From: Enterococcus phage VFW
Sequence record: LT546029.1
Strand: one strand, 5' to 3'
DNA length: 32,000 bases
In this document: one piece after another, positions 25,601 through 32,000 of the stretch
Numbering within the stretch: the first letter of the stretch is position 1
Layout: each line of letters starts with the position of its first letter
Position numbers and translations under genes: made by a program
The notes under the pieces: generated by a model
Seen by the model: only the letters and a program-made list of their open reading frames with translations
Databases searched by the model: none
Told to the model about the DNA's origin: nothing

Positions 25601-26520
25601 ATAGGAAACAATTAATGATAAATTTTGTAATGTATGTGGAACCATTTAAACAAAAATTATCAACTTCGGTTATTCCAAAAATTGCTCATTTAATACCAGA
25701 AAAATATAAAGAAGCAAAAGAAGCATATTTCTTCTTAAAAGAAGTTAAAAACAAAAAAGTTCATGATAGATATACAGAATATTTCTTCAATCGTTTTAAA
25801 GAAGATTGTGATAAAAAAGTAACTAAAAAATATCCAGAATCATATAGTTACAACGATAACGGTAACTTTATAATTGAAATAAAAGTTTTAGAAAAAGTTG
25901 TAAAAGATAGAATGGAAGAATTAAAAGAGTGGTTGAAAACAGAAGACGCTTTGAAAGCTGAAGCTTCACTTAGAAGAAGTGCGTATTGGAAAAAATATTG
26001 TTTAGGAACAATATCTCACTGGGAAATGGAATCAATCACATTTTATATTTCACAGCATGAATTACAAGAATATCCAATTCATTCATTTTTTGAACTATCG
26101 AATTTTAATGAATTACCGAGAGAACCAGAGATTGATGGTTATAATAATGGTCGCGGTGGCAAAAAATGGCCAAAATATAAAAGTCACGTAATTGCTGGAA
26201 CAGTAATTGATACACTTCCACAAAAAGGTATAGTAACTTTAATTACAAAAGATGGTGTTGTAGATGTTCGTGTTGGAAAAGGAAAATATCAATATTATAA
26301 TAAAAAGATAATGGTTGGCCAAGGTAAAGATCGCGTAAATATCGATGACACTTGGTGGAAACGTGGAAATATGGTAGTTGTTGTTGGGTATCGAAGAGAA
26401 AATGATTTTTATGCAAATGCGAAAAATAGTGCATATCAACATTCTATTATGTTGATTAAAGGACATGATGGAGAAAAAATATTTTTACAACAAGAAAAGA
26501 AAAAAGTTGAAGAAGATTAA
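22654..26520 (+). CDS. dnaE-like: DNA polymerase III alpha subunit (DnaE family) with PHP domain
   Basis: N-terminal PHP-like FSIHNHSHFSNFRLRDA; GVGRGSAVCYYTNYLLDIVQLNPIKYDLPYWRFLSREY...FPDIDVDAQGSER; ISAFQFEAKTGRQALEKI. Confidence 0.9.
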   Translation: MSWHNGWFSIHNHSHFSNFRLRDATNSPQDILKVANNKGLKGIVLSDHETIAGAPVFLDAAKKMKEKGELPEDFVAAIGNEAYLIDRKYEEPMKNQEKVKYFHFLMVAKNQRGFEFLKKQTAKAWENSTYSRGMERVPTFKDELAELMKEYKGDVIASTACIGGELPQLVLKLEKAEQEADAMRIGVIKREIHYFIEFLVNTFGHDNVFFELQPSKQDEQLIVNKWLPKIAEEYNIKCIVTTDAHYLTLEQQEFHKQYLQASEGEREVESFYATTYIFSYDELLEYFDEELLNELCKNTLIIRDMVNNELKYKHETVIPRSHIPHFEQDESVMQKIDEAKYPNIYKMMRSSVIEDRYYHFKVMKGFVEKEQEFNEENLSRIDLEYGELQAISEQLNQPMTSYFLAMTEFVDIMWEYSLVGVGRGSAVCYYTNYLLDIVQLNPIKYDLPYWRFLSREYVGEFPDIDVDAQGSERANIIEGVKEKFGHENVLNIGTYTTEGPRAASLTACRAFGLDPDTAQNITNAIPSDKGFAWPLQDAFFGNEKEHRKPDKQFIYMVNEYPGLQELMLQSQGLVSGRGQHASGVVVFPDGYTSLNTMMKTSKGLPITQWDAHTTEVAGGIKYDFLSINALDRIRAAIDMLLKDGKIEWQGSLQETFNKYFHPDVLDMESQEMFDMLFNGEIISAFQFEAKTGRQALEKINARTFDQLVAANSLMRLSSDGEQPIDKYIRYKNDLNEWEKDMDEYNLTEDEKAVMHELLDKKFGVCEVQESIMKIAMHDKVAKYNLREAKGLRKASAKKDPTIQVKQKELFFKKGRENGTSDNLLNYIWNECYVPTFGYSFSEPHVAAYTMILMIEMNIAYRYGVHYWKAACLNVDAGIIGELEAGTKYGKVAKALSNFREDVIPPSVNKSDIGFTPDQNTGKIMYGLKPIVGMNSRLAKQIIDGRPYNNMQQFIDHNVINGDLTNTKMVTLIKSGLFDELYPNRKQLMINFVMYVEPFKQKLSTSVIPKIAHLIPEKYKEAKEAYFFLKEVKNKKVHDRYTEYFFNRFKEDCDKKVTKKYPESYSYNDNGNFIIEIKVLEKVVKDRMEELKEWLKTEDALKAEASLRRSAYWKKYCLGTISHWEMESITFYISQHELQEYPIHSFFELSNFNELPREPEIDGYNNGRGGKKWPKYKSHVIAGTVIDTLPQKGIVTLITKDGVVDVRVGKGKYQYYNKKIMVGQGKDRVNIDDTWWKRGNMVVVVGYRRENDFYANAKNSAYQHSIMLIKGHDGEKIFLQQEKKKVEED

Positions 26521-26546
26521 GAGAAGTGTTTACACTTCTCTTTCTT
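26520..26546 (+). terminator. Terminator abutting the dnaE stop and overlapping P15
   Basis: AGAGAAGTG-TTTA-CACTTCTCT perfect 9-bp stem then TTCTTTTT. Confidence 0.8.
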
Positions 26547-26557
26547 TTTGATATAAT
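26529..26557 (+). promoter_or_regulatory. Promoter P15 (TTTACA 26529-26534, TATAAT 26552-26557)
   Basis: 17-nt spacer. Confidence 0.85.
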
Positions 26558-26589
26558 ATAAATATAAAATTAAAGAAAGAGGTTATGAA

Positions 26590-26844
26590 ATGGATAAATC
26601 ATTAAATGAGCAAGTGTGTAAAGCTAAAGAAGCATACGAACATGCTTTAAATAATGTTGTTGCAAAAGAAAGATTGATTGCTGATATGGAGTTAGAAATG
26701 AATAAGCTAGCGGCGCATATGCAGAAGTTAACAATTGAAAAAAGAAAAGAAGAACAATTGTTATTATTGGACTCAGCTGATAGCGAACGTTATAGAAATA
26801 AATTAGAAGAATTAAAAGATAAAATTTTTGAGGAGATGTTTTAA
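26590..26844 (+). CDS. Small coiled-coil hypothetical protein
   Basis: ORF. Confidence 0.55.
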   Translation: MDKSLNEQVCKAKEAYEHALNNVVAKERLIADMELEMNKLAAHMQKLTIEKRKEEQLLLLDSADSERYRNKLEELKDKIFEEMF

Positions 26845-27113
26845 TGGACAATAAAAAAGTTGCATTAATCTTATTCAAAGCTAAAAATAATTTATCAAAA
26901 GATGAATTATTTGCTTTAGGATATTTATTAGGACATGTTGATGGCGCTGTTGGAGCCGCAAAATCTATTAATAATTTATCAACAGAAGATGCTCAAGAAT
27001 TAGCAGACGATATTTTTGATTTAGAACGCTTAGAGCGTGATTGGAATACGCTAGTTGAAAAATTAAATATTAAAGCTCGTGGTTTTGATGAAATTGTTAT
27101 GACATTTAAATAA
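26844..27113 (+). CDS. Hypothetical protein
   Basis: ATG coupled to the previous stop. Confidence 0.55.
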   Translation: MDNKKVALILFKAKNNLSKDELFALGYLLGHVDGAVGAAKSINNLSTEDAQELADDIFDLERLERDWNTLVEKLNIKARGFDEIVMTFK

Positions 27114-27118
27114 TAAAG

Positions 27119-27139
27119 AGGTGATTCGTTCACCTTTTT
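27119..27139 (+). terminator. Intrinsic terminator
   Basis: AGGTGA-TTCGT-TCACCT followed by TTTT. Confidence 0.7.
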
Positions 27140-27186
27140 ATTTTCTCAATTAAAAGTAAAAATTTGATAAAAAATGGGAATGATGG

Positions 27187-27215
27187 TTTACAAACACTTT
27201 TTCTCTTGGTATAAT
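27187..27215 (+). promoter_or_regulatory. Promoter P17 of a candidate small RNA (TTTACA 27187-27192, TATAAT 27210-27215)
   Basis: 17-nt spacer. Confidence 0.85.
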
Positions 27216-27221
27216 ATAAAT

Positions 27222-27342
27222 ACCCGCGATAAAGAATATAAAAAGAAAATGAACAACTCGGAAACTTCCATGAAGTTTACGAAGGTGCAACGTTCCGTTG
27301 CAACCTTACTTAGCGAAAATTATGCAAACTTTTTGCATTTTT
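27222..27342 (+). ncRNA. Candidate structured small RNA, three hairpins with terminator-like end
   Basis: Hairpins 27262-27278, 27282-27307 and 27322-27338 followed by TTTT. No ribosome-site-linked ORF found. Confidence 0.55.
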
Positions 27343-27346
27343 ACTG

Positions 27347-27375
27347 TTTACATATTTCTCAAGATAGTATATAAT
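27347..27375 (+). promoter_or_regulatory. Promoter P18 (TTTACA 27347-27352, TATAAT 27370-27375)
   Basis: 17-nt spacer. Confidence 0.85.
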
Positions 27376-27422
27376 AAATATATAATAAATAAACAAAACA
27401 AAAACAGAAAAGAGGAATTTAA

Positions 27423-27614
27423 ATGATTAAAGTAGAAAATTGGACATATGAACGTGGTATGCAACGTATTAAATGGTGGAAAGAAGAAGGACATGAAGTA
27501 AAAACAGTTGTTCACTCGGATCGAATCCACATTTATCGTAATGAAAAATACGTTGGTACGATGGATAAGAAAAATGGCTCACATAGTTATCAACTAAAAC
27601 AAACATTGAACTAG
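27423..27614 (+). CDS. Small hypothetical protein
   Basis: ORF after AAAAGAGG. Confidence 0.5.
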   Translation: MIKVENWTYERGMQRIKWWKEEGHEVKTVVHSDRIHIYRNEKYVGTMDKKNGSHSYQLKQTLN

Positions 27615-27625
27615 GAGGAACTTAG

Positions 27626-27934
27626 ATGTCATATTATGATTATGTGTATAAACAGAAGGAGATAGACAGAATAGTCGATCAACTACAATTATTAGATTTA
27701 ACACTTAGTTGGTCGACTGATAATAAAGATTTAGGTTATGCGACATTAATTATTGAGACAAATGATTTTAGAATGTGCGTGAATGTTGATTATTTTACTT
27801 ATATTGGTAAAGATCTTAAAAGCCGTGAAGTAAGAAATAAGATCATTGATTATAGCATTAATAAATTTAAGAAAGCATATGTAAAATATAAATATAATTT
27901 AAAAGAAATAGGAGAGATTAATAATGTTATTTAG
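27626..27934 (+). CDS. Hypothetical protein
   Basis: ORF with GGAGG upstream. Confidence 0.5.
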   Translation: MSYYDYVYKQKEIDRIVDQLQLLDLTLSWSTDNKDLGYATLIIETNDFRMCVNVDYFTYIGKDLKSREVRNKIIDYSINKFKKAYVKYKYNLKEIGEINNVI

Positions 27935-28469
27935 AGAAAATGGAAGAGCACAAAAATTAGCAAGTAATCACATTAATTTACAAGGTGCAATTCAAGCAGC
28001 AGGATATGATGCACAGAATATGTTCCCAGTGATGGTTCAATTTAAAACCAATGATGGCCTTTGGAGTAAAAGAGAATATTGTTATTTGTTTGATATTCAA
28101 AAAGGCATTAAGGTAATCTTAAGAGATGACATTGTTGTTGTGCCAGTAAGAAAGTCAGACAATTATGAAATTGCACGTATCTCAAAAATTCCTGATGATA
28201 TTGTGAATAATAATAATTTGATGCAAAAATTTATTGACATTATCGAAGATAAAGAACATGATTTAAGAGTTGTTGTTACAAATATTCAGCACCATATCGA
28301 TCAGTATGAAAAAATTGAAAGAGAAAAAGCTGAAGCTGAAAAATTAAAAATGCAATTAGAAGAAGAATTTGAAAAAGCAAATAAAATTGCATTATACGAA
28401 CAACTTGCTGAAAATAATCCTAATTTCAAGAAAAAATTAGATCGTATTAAAGAATTAGGAGGACTATAA
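27924..28469 (+). CDS. Hypothetical protein with C-terminal coiled coil
   Basis: ORF overlapping the previous stop. Confidence 0.55.
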   Translation: MLFRENGRAQKLASNHINLQGAIQAAGYDAQNMFPVMVQFKTNDGLWSKREYCYLFDIQKGIKVILRDDIVVVPVRKSDNYEIARISKIPDDIVNNNNLMQKFIDIIEDKEHDLRVVVTNIQHHIDQYEKIEREKAEAEKLKMQLEEEFEKANKIALYEQLAENNPNFKKKLDRIKELGGL

Positions 28470-28470
28470 G

Positions 28471-28758
28471 ATGAAATTTGAAAAAGGTAAATTATATATT
28501 GTTCGTGAATATGAAAATAATTATATTTTCAAAGTAAAAAGTGAACCAAATCCAGGACATATTATTGCTGAAAATGCAATTCGTATTGATAAAGTTTTTG
28601 GACAAGAGCAAATTCTAGTATTTTTACATGATAATGAAATGTTAATGCAGCTTTTCAATAACAACGCAGAAGAAGTTACAGATGATTATGAAAAAGAAAA
28701 ATATTATGATTTAATTAATATGCATACACAAATGTATAATACAAATTTAGGAAGATAA
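28471..28758 (+). CDS. Hypothetical protein
   Basis: ORF with AGGAGG upstream. Confidence 0.5.
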   Translation: MKFEKGKLYIVREYENNYIFKVKSEPNPGHIIAENAIRIDKVFGQEQILVFLHDNEMLMQLFNNNAEEVTDDYEKEKYYDLINMHTQMYNTNLGR

Positions 28759-28774
28759 TATAGGAGAAATTAAA

Positions 28775-29053
28775 ATGGAGCAAGATAATAAAGAAGTAAT
28801 AGAAGAATTACAGAAAATTATTAATAAATTGTATAGTGAAGAAATTTATGCTATCGCTTTTTTACAAGGAGCGATTAGCGGAACATTACAATCAATTAAA
28901 ATATTAGATAATCTAACTGATGAACAATTAGAAGTTACAAGAAACAATATTTTTACAGATGAAATTTTAGAAAATAAATGGAATGAAATTAGTGATAAAT
29001 ATCAACTTGAATTACGCCCTTTTTCTAAAATAGCTAAAATTATTGGTAAATAA
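28775..29053 (+). CDS. Hypothetical protein, weakly similar in pattern to the 26844-27113 product
   Basis: ORF. Both contain FLQGAISGTLQSIKILDNLT / LLGHVDGAVGAAKSINNLS-like segments. Confidence 0.5.
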   Translation: MEQDNKEVIEELQKIINKLYSEEIYAIAFLQGAISGTLQSIKILDNLTDEQLEVTRNNIFTDEILENKWNEISDKYQLELRPFSKIAKIIGK

Positions 29054-29055
29054 CT

Positions 29056-29084
29056 ATTTACAGTTATATACGTTTATGATATAA
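29056..29084 (+). promoter_or_regulatory. Promoter P19 (TTTACA 29056-29061, TATAAT 29079-29084)
   Basis: 17-nt spacer. Confidence 0.85.
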
Positions 29085-29116
29085 TATAAACATAAATAAA
29101 GAAAGAGAGTGATTAT

Positions 29117-29353
29117 ATGAAATTTGATGAAGCATTTGCAACAGTATCAAAACATAAAAATGTTTATATGGCTTTACCGTGGTGGAGCAATGACGTAAAA
29201 GTATTTTGTCAATTTCCTAGAGAGACATATCCAGGAAATAGAAACGAAATGACTCATAAATTTTTATTTGTTGAATCTCGTTTCGGCCGTGTGCCATGGT
29301 TACCAACTCAAGTTGAATTATTTAGTGACGAGTGGAAAGTGAGAGGTATTTAA
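29117..29353 (+). CDS. Small hypothetical protein (DUF2829-like appearance)
   Basis: MKFDEAFATVSKHKNVYMALPWWSNDVKVFCQFP. Family call is tentative. Confidence 0.4.
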   Translation: MKFDEAFATVSKHKNVYMALPWWSNDVKVFCQFPRETYPGNRNEMTHKFLFVESRFGRVPWLPTQVELFSDEWKVRGI

Positions 29354-29355
29354 TT

Positions 29356-30057
29356 ATGGAAAGAAAATTTGAAAAAGTAACAGGATATGAAGACGTAAAT
29401 ATTCCAATGCGTGCAACGGCTTATTCTGCTGGATATGATTTTGAAGCTGCAGAAGATGTTACAATTCCTTCTATTCACTTGGCTGTACGTCAATTATTAA
29501 CTTATATTGATTCAGTTATTGAACAAATTAACGAAGAAGAAATGAGCGATGAACAATTTAAAAAGTTCGTTAAGCTTGAAGACATAGCAAATGAATTAGA
29601 TGTATATAAACAATTAAAACAAGAACAATATGATGAGTTAATTACACTAATTGATGATGTCGCTGATGTGGGTCTTGAAAGTTTATCTTTAAATGAAGCT
29701 CGAGCTCAATTTAAAGAATATAATAAGCCAACATTGATTCCAACTGGCATTAAAGCTAAAATGCCTAGAGATGAAATGTTACTATTATATAATCGCTCTT
29801 CAAATCCACTAAAACACTTTTTAGTTTTAGCAAATGGAGTCGGTGTTATTGATAGCGACTATTATAATAATGAAGATAATGAAGGCCACATTATGTTCCA
29901 AGTAATGAATTTTGGACCATCGCCAATCACTATTAAAAAAGGTGAACGAATTGGTCAAGGTATTTTCCAAAAATTCTTATTGACGACTGATGTTGAAATT
30001 ACACGAGATGTACCAAGAACGGGCGGTTTTGGTTCAACTAATAAGGAGGAAAAATAA
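29356..30057 (+). CDS. dut: dUTPase, phage type with long insertion between motifs I and II
   Basis: AYSAGYDFEAAED, YNRSSN, NGVGVIDSDYYNNEDNEGHIMFQ, RTGGFGSTN. ATG 29356 preferred over 29332. Confidence 0.85.
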   Translation: MERKFEKVTGYEDVNIPMRATAYSAGYDFEAAEDVTIPSIHLAVRQLLTYIDSVIEQINEEEMSDEQFKKFVKLEDIANELDVYKQLKQEQYDELITLIDDVADVGLESLSLNEARAQFKEYNKPTLIPTGIKAKMPRDEMLLLYNRSSNPLKHFLVLANGVGVIDSDYYNNEDNEGHIMFQVMNFGPSPITIKKGERIGQGIFQKFLLTTDVEITRDVPRTGGFGSTNKEEK

Positions 30058-30350
30058 TGGAACGTAAAGTTATTCATGTTTTTTATGATAAAAACAATAC
30101 GTCAGATTTAGCTGTATTAAATGTTATTGAAGAAATTGAAAATAAATTTGAATCTAAATTAAATTTAATTATTCAGCCTTTAGAAGTTGAACAAGATATT
30201 GTAATGACAAATGCATATGGTATTCCTTTATCTTTTGAAGGAGTTTATATTGTTGTTTTAGATAAAGATAATAATCAAGAACAATGCATTCATGCTAAAA
30301 CAAAAATTCAAGCTTTGTCAAAATTGAAAGGAACGAGCGTTTATAAATGA
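30057..30350 (+). CDS. Hypothetical protein
   Basis: ORF coupled to dut. Confidence 0.45.
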   Translation: MERKVIHVFYDKNNTSDLAVLNVIEEIENKFESKLNLIIQPLEVEQDIVMTNAYGIPLSFEGVYIVVLDKDNNQEQCIHAKTKIQALSKLKGTSVYK

Positions 30351-30970
30351 AATTAACTAAGCCAATATTTGTTCTTGCTGGAAAAACACTTTCTGGCAAG
30401 ACAACATTATTAAATTATTTACTTGACTATTGTCGTAAAACAGACCATAATAGAATTCATAAAGTTGTCACTATCACAACTCGCCCTAAGCGACCTGGTG
30501 AAATTGATGGTCAAGATTATTTTTTCATCGCTAATGAACAATTTGACCAAATGGAAAAAGATGGTAAAATTATTGCTCCACGGGAATATAATGTTGCAAC
30601 TGGAGAAGTATGGAAATATGGAATTGAAAAAGGTTTTGAAAATGAATATGAAATTCCAATTGTTGTAACAGATGTTCAAGGAATTAAAGATTTGAAAAAA
30701 GAATTTGGAGCACATAATGTAATTGTATTCTATAAAGAAATTCCACCAATTTTACAATTATCACGAATGATGAGACGAGAAGAAAATGATTTTCGTGAAC
30801 AAGTGCGCCGTGTAATTGCAGATGAAAAAGATTTTGAAACAATTTGGGATTGGGCAGATTATATTTTAGACGACAACGATAGTTTACAAAACGATGCAGA
30901 ATTTATGATCGGCCAAATTGACTATGAAATTGACCAATTCAACAGTCCTTATCGAGGCTATTATATTTAA
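30347..30970 (+). CDS. Guanylate-kinase-like dNMP kinase
   Basis: FVLAGKTLSGKTTLLNYL P-loop, TITTRPKRPGEIDGQDYFF, EYNVATGEVWKYG. Confidence 0.75.
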   Translation: MKLTKPIFVLAGKTLSGKTTLLNYLLDYCRKTDHNRIHKVVTITTRPKRPGEIDGQDYFFIANEQFDQMEKDGKIIAPREYNVATGEVWKYGIEKGFENEYEIPIVVTDVQGIKDLKKEFGAHNVIVFYKEIPPILQLSRMMRREENDFREQVRRVIADEKDFETIWDWADYILDDNDSLQNDAEFMIGQIDYEIDQFNSPYRGYYI

Positions 30971-31545
30971 TGACCAAATCAATTAAGGTAGTTCTGCCAA
31001 TTCCACCATCAGTTAATGGATATTTATATGCGAAAATGATTCGTGTTGGAGGAAGAATGATTGGTAGATTGGCAGAAACTATCGAGTCTAAAGAATATAA
31101 GGCTCATGTGATTAACATTATTAAGAAAAGAATGAAAGAAGAAAATTGGGAAGCTCCAAAATCAGGTAAATTTTTAAATGTTAAAGTGGATTATTTTTTC
31201 CCACGGAAAAGAATGGACCCTTCAAATTATGTTAAAATTCCATATGATGCATTTACAGCAGCTGGATTATGGAATGATGACGATATGGCCAAGCCTCAAA
31301 CTGGCATGGTTATAATTGATAAATTTGATCCTCGAATGGAATTTACAATTTATGAAAGTGAACAGATTGGTATTTTTCATTCAGAAAAAGATCGAAATAG
31401 ATTTATTAATAAATATAGTGAACGAATGCCTAAAAGATCATTTGATGCACTAATGAAAAAATTAGATGAGGGACGATTGACAGAAAAAGTTTATCTAAAT
31501 AAAAATATGAAAGTAGAGATTAAAGATGAATTTCTTAAAAAATAA
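30970..31545 (+). CDS. rusA-like: RusA-family Holliday junction resolvase
   Basis: VVLPIPPSVNGY and FPRKRMDPSNYVKIPYDAFTAAGLWNDDDM. Confidence 0.75.
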   Translation: MTKSIKVVLPIPPSVNGYLYAKMIRVGGRMIGRLAETIESKEYKAHVINIIKKRMKEENWEAPKSGKFLNVKVDYFFPRKRMDPSNYVKIPYDAFTAAGLWNDDDMAKPQTGMVIIDKFDPRMEFTIYESEQIGIFHSEKDRNRFINKYSERMPKRSFDALMKKLDEGRLTEKVYLNKNMKVEIKDEFLKK

Positions 31546-31855
31546 TTTTAGAGAAGTGATATTAGTCGCGCTTTTAGCAATGTCTGCTTCTTTAATTATT
31601 AAAAATAATGATTTGGAAATGTCTGTTAAAACTTTAAAAGACAAAAATGAAACGTATCAAAATGTGATTAAAACAGTGAATGAAAATAAACGTTTTGTTT
31701 CAGATTCAAAATATGGCAATCCAAATTGGCAAATAATTGGGCACGATTATTTTGATGAAAAATCAATGACAATTATAAAAGATAGTAAAAATAACACTGA
31801 ATATATTGTTGTTGAAAATGATAAAGGATTGGGTATCACACAACGTATCAAATAA
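31526..31855 (+). CDS. Membrane-anchored hypothetical protein
   Basis: N-terminal hydrophobic segment then charged coiled-coil-like region. Confidence 0.45.
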   Translation: MNFLKNNFREVILVALLAMSASLIIKNNDLEMSVKTLKDKNETYQNVIKTVNENKRFVSDSKYGNPNWQIIGHDYFDEKSMTIIKDSKNNTEYIVVENDKGLGITQRIK

Positions 31856-31861
31856 TATTAT

Positions 31862-31890
31862 TTTACTATTTGATATATTTGTGATATAAT
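31862..31890 (+). promoter_or_regulatory. Promoter P20 (-35 TTTACT 31862-31867, TATAAT 31885-31890)
   Basis: 17-nt spacer. Confidence 0.7.
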
Positions 31891-31935
31891 ATAATTATAG
31901 AAGAGTTAGAAATTTATAGAAAGAAGGAAACTATA

Positions 31936-32000
31936 TTGAAAAAATTTTTATTAGGAATTTTATTAGTTTCAGGTTTAGTTATGGTTGGTTGTCAAAATAA
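31936..32000 (+). CDS. Lipoprotein signal peptide, truncated by the window end
   Basis: TTG start after AAGAAGGAAA. KKFLLGILLVSGLVMVGCQN has a lipobox-like VMVGC. Confidence 0.55.
   Translation, partial: MKKFLLGILLVSGLVMVGCQN

Noticed and set aside
22654-26520. Intein or frameshift in the polymerase gene
   Set aside because: The ORF is continuous and the DnaE motifs appear in normal order with no obvious intein splicing blocks.
27174-27374. 66-aa ORF across the candidate small RNA
   Set aside because: It starts upstream of the promoter P17 transcription start, lacks a ribosome site, and consists of hairpin arms. A non-coding explanation fits better.
1-32000. CRISPR arrays, tRNA genes, transposons or a multi-gene defence island
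   Set aside because: No regularly spaced direct repeats, tRNA cloverleaf sequences, transposase motifs or recognisable defence gene sets were seen by eye. The repeated elements found are promoters, terminators and leaders. A tRNAscan or CRISPR-finder run would be needed to be certain.

Overview
This window is an AT-rich, densely packed, entirely plus-strand gene block from a large tailed phage. The host is probably a Firmicute, judging by TTTACA/TATAAT promoters, AGGAGG-type ribosome sites and a lipobox protein. It carries a replication and nucleotide module: HTH protein, HNH-like protein, OB-fold/SSB-like protein, RecA/Sak4-type P-loop ATPase, SprT-like protease, DnaB-type helicase, DnaG-type primase, RecJ/DHH exonuclease, RNase H, thymidine kinase, PolIII-alpha polymerase, dUTPase, guanylate-kinase-like protein and RusA-like resolvase. 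The strongest biological signal is at 16.2-20.7 kb. It is a T4-like DNA hypermodification cassette: P-loop dNMP-kinase-like protein, thymidylate-synthase-family protein with the Asn-to-Asp change diagnostic of dCMP hydroxymethylases, divergent dUTPase-family protein, a close homolog of T4 DNA beta-glucosyltransferase, and a second Gtf3-like glycosyltransferase. Together these predict glucosylated, possibly disaccharide-decorated, 5-hydroxymethylcytosine in a Gram-positive phage. Regulatory DNA is also unusual. About 19 near-identical promoters (TTTACA-17-TATAAT) are present, and at least eight are nested in perfect intrinsic-terminator hairpins so that the -35 box lies in the terminator loop or arm. 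A promoter-driven locus with no convincing ORF and three consecutive hairpins (about 27222-27342) looks like a small RNA. The palindrome CTCCATGGAG and its core are strongly over-represented inside genes.
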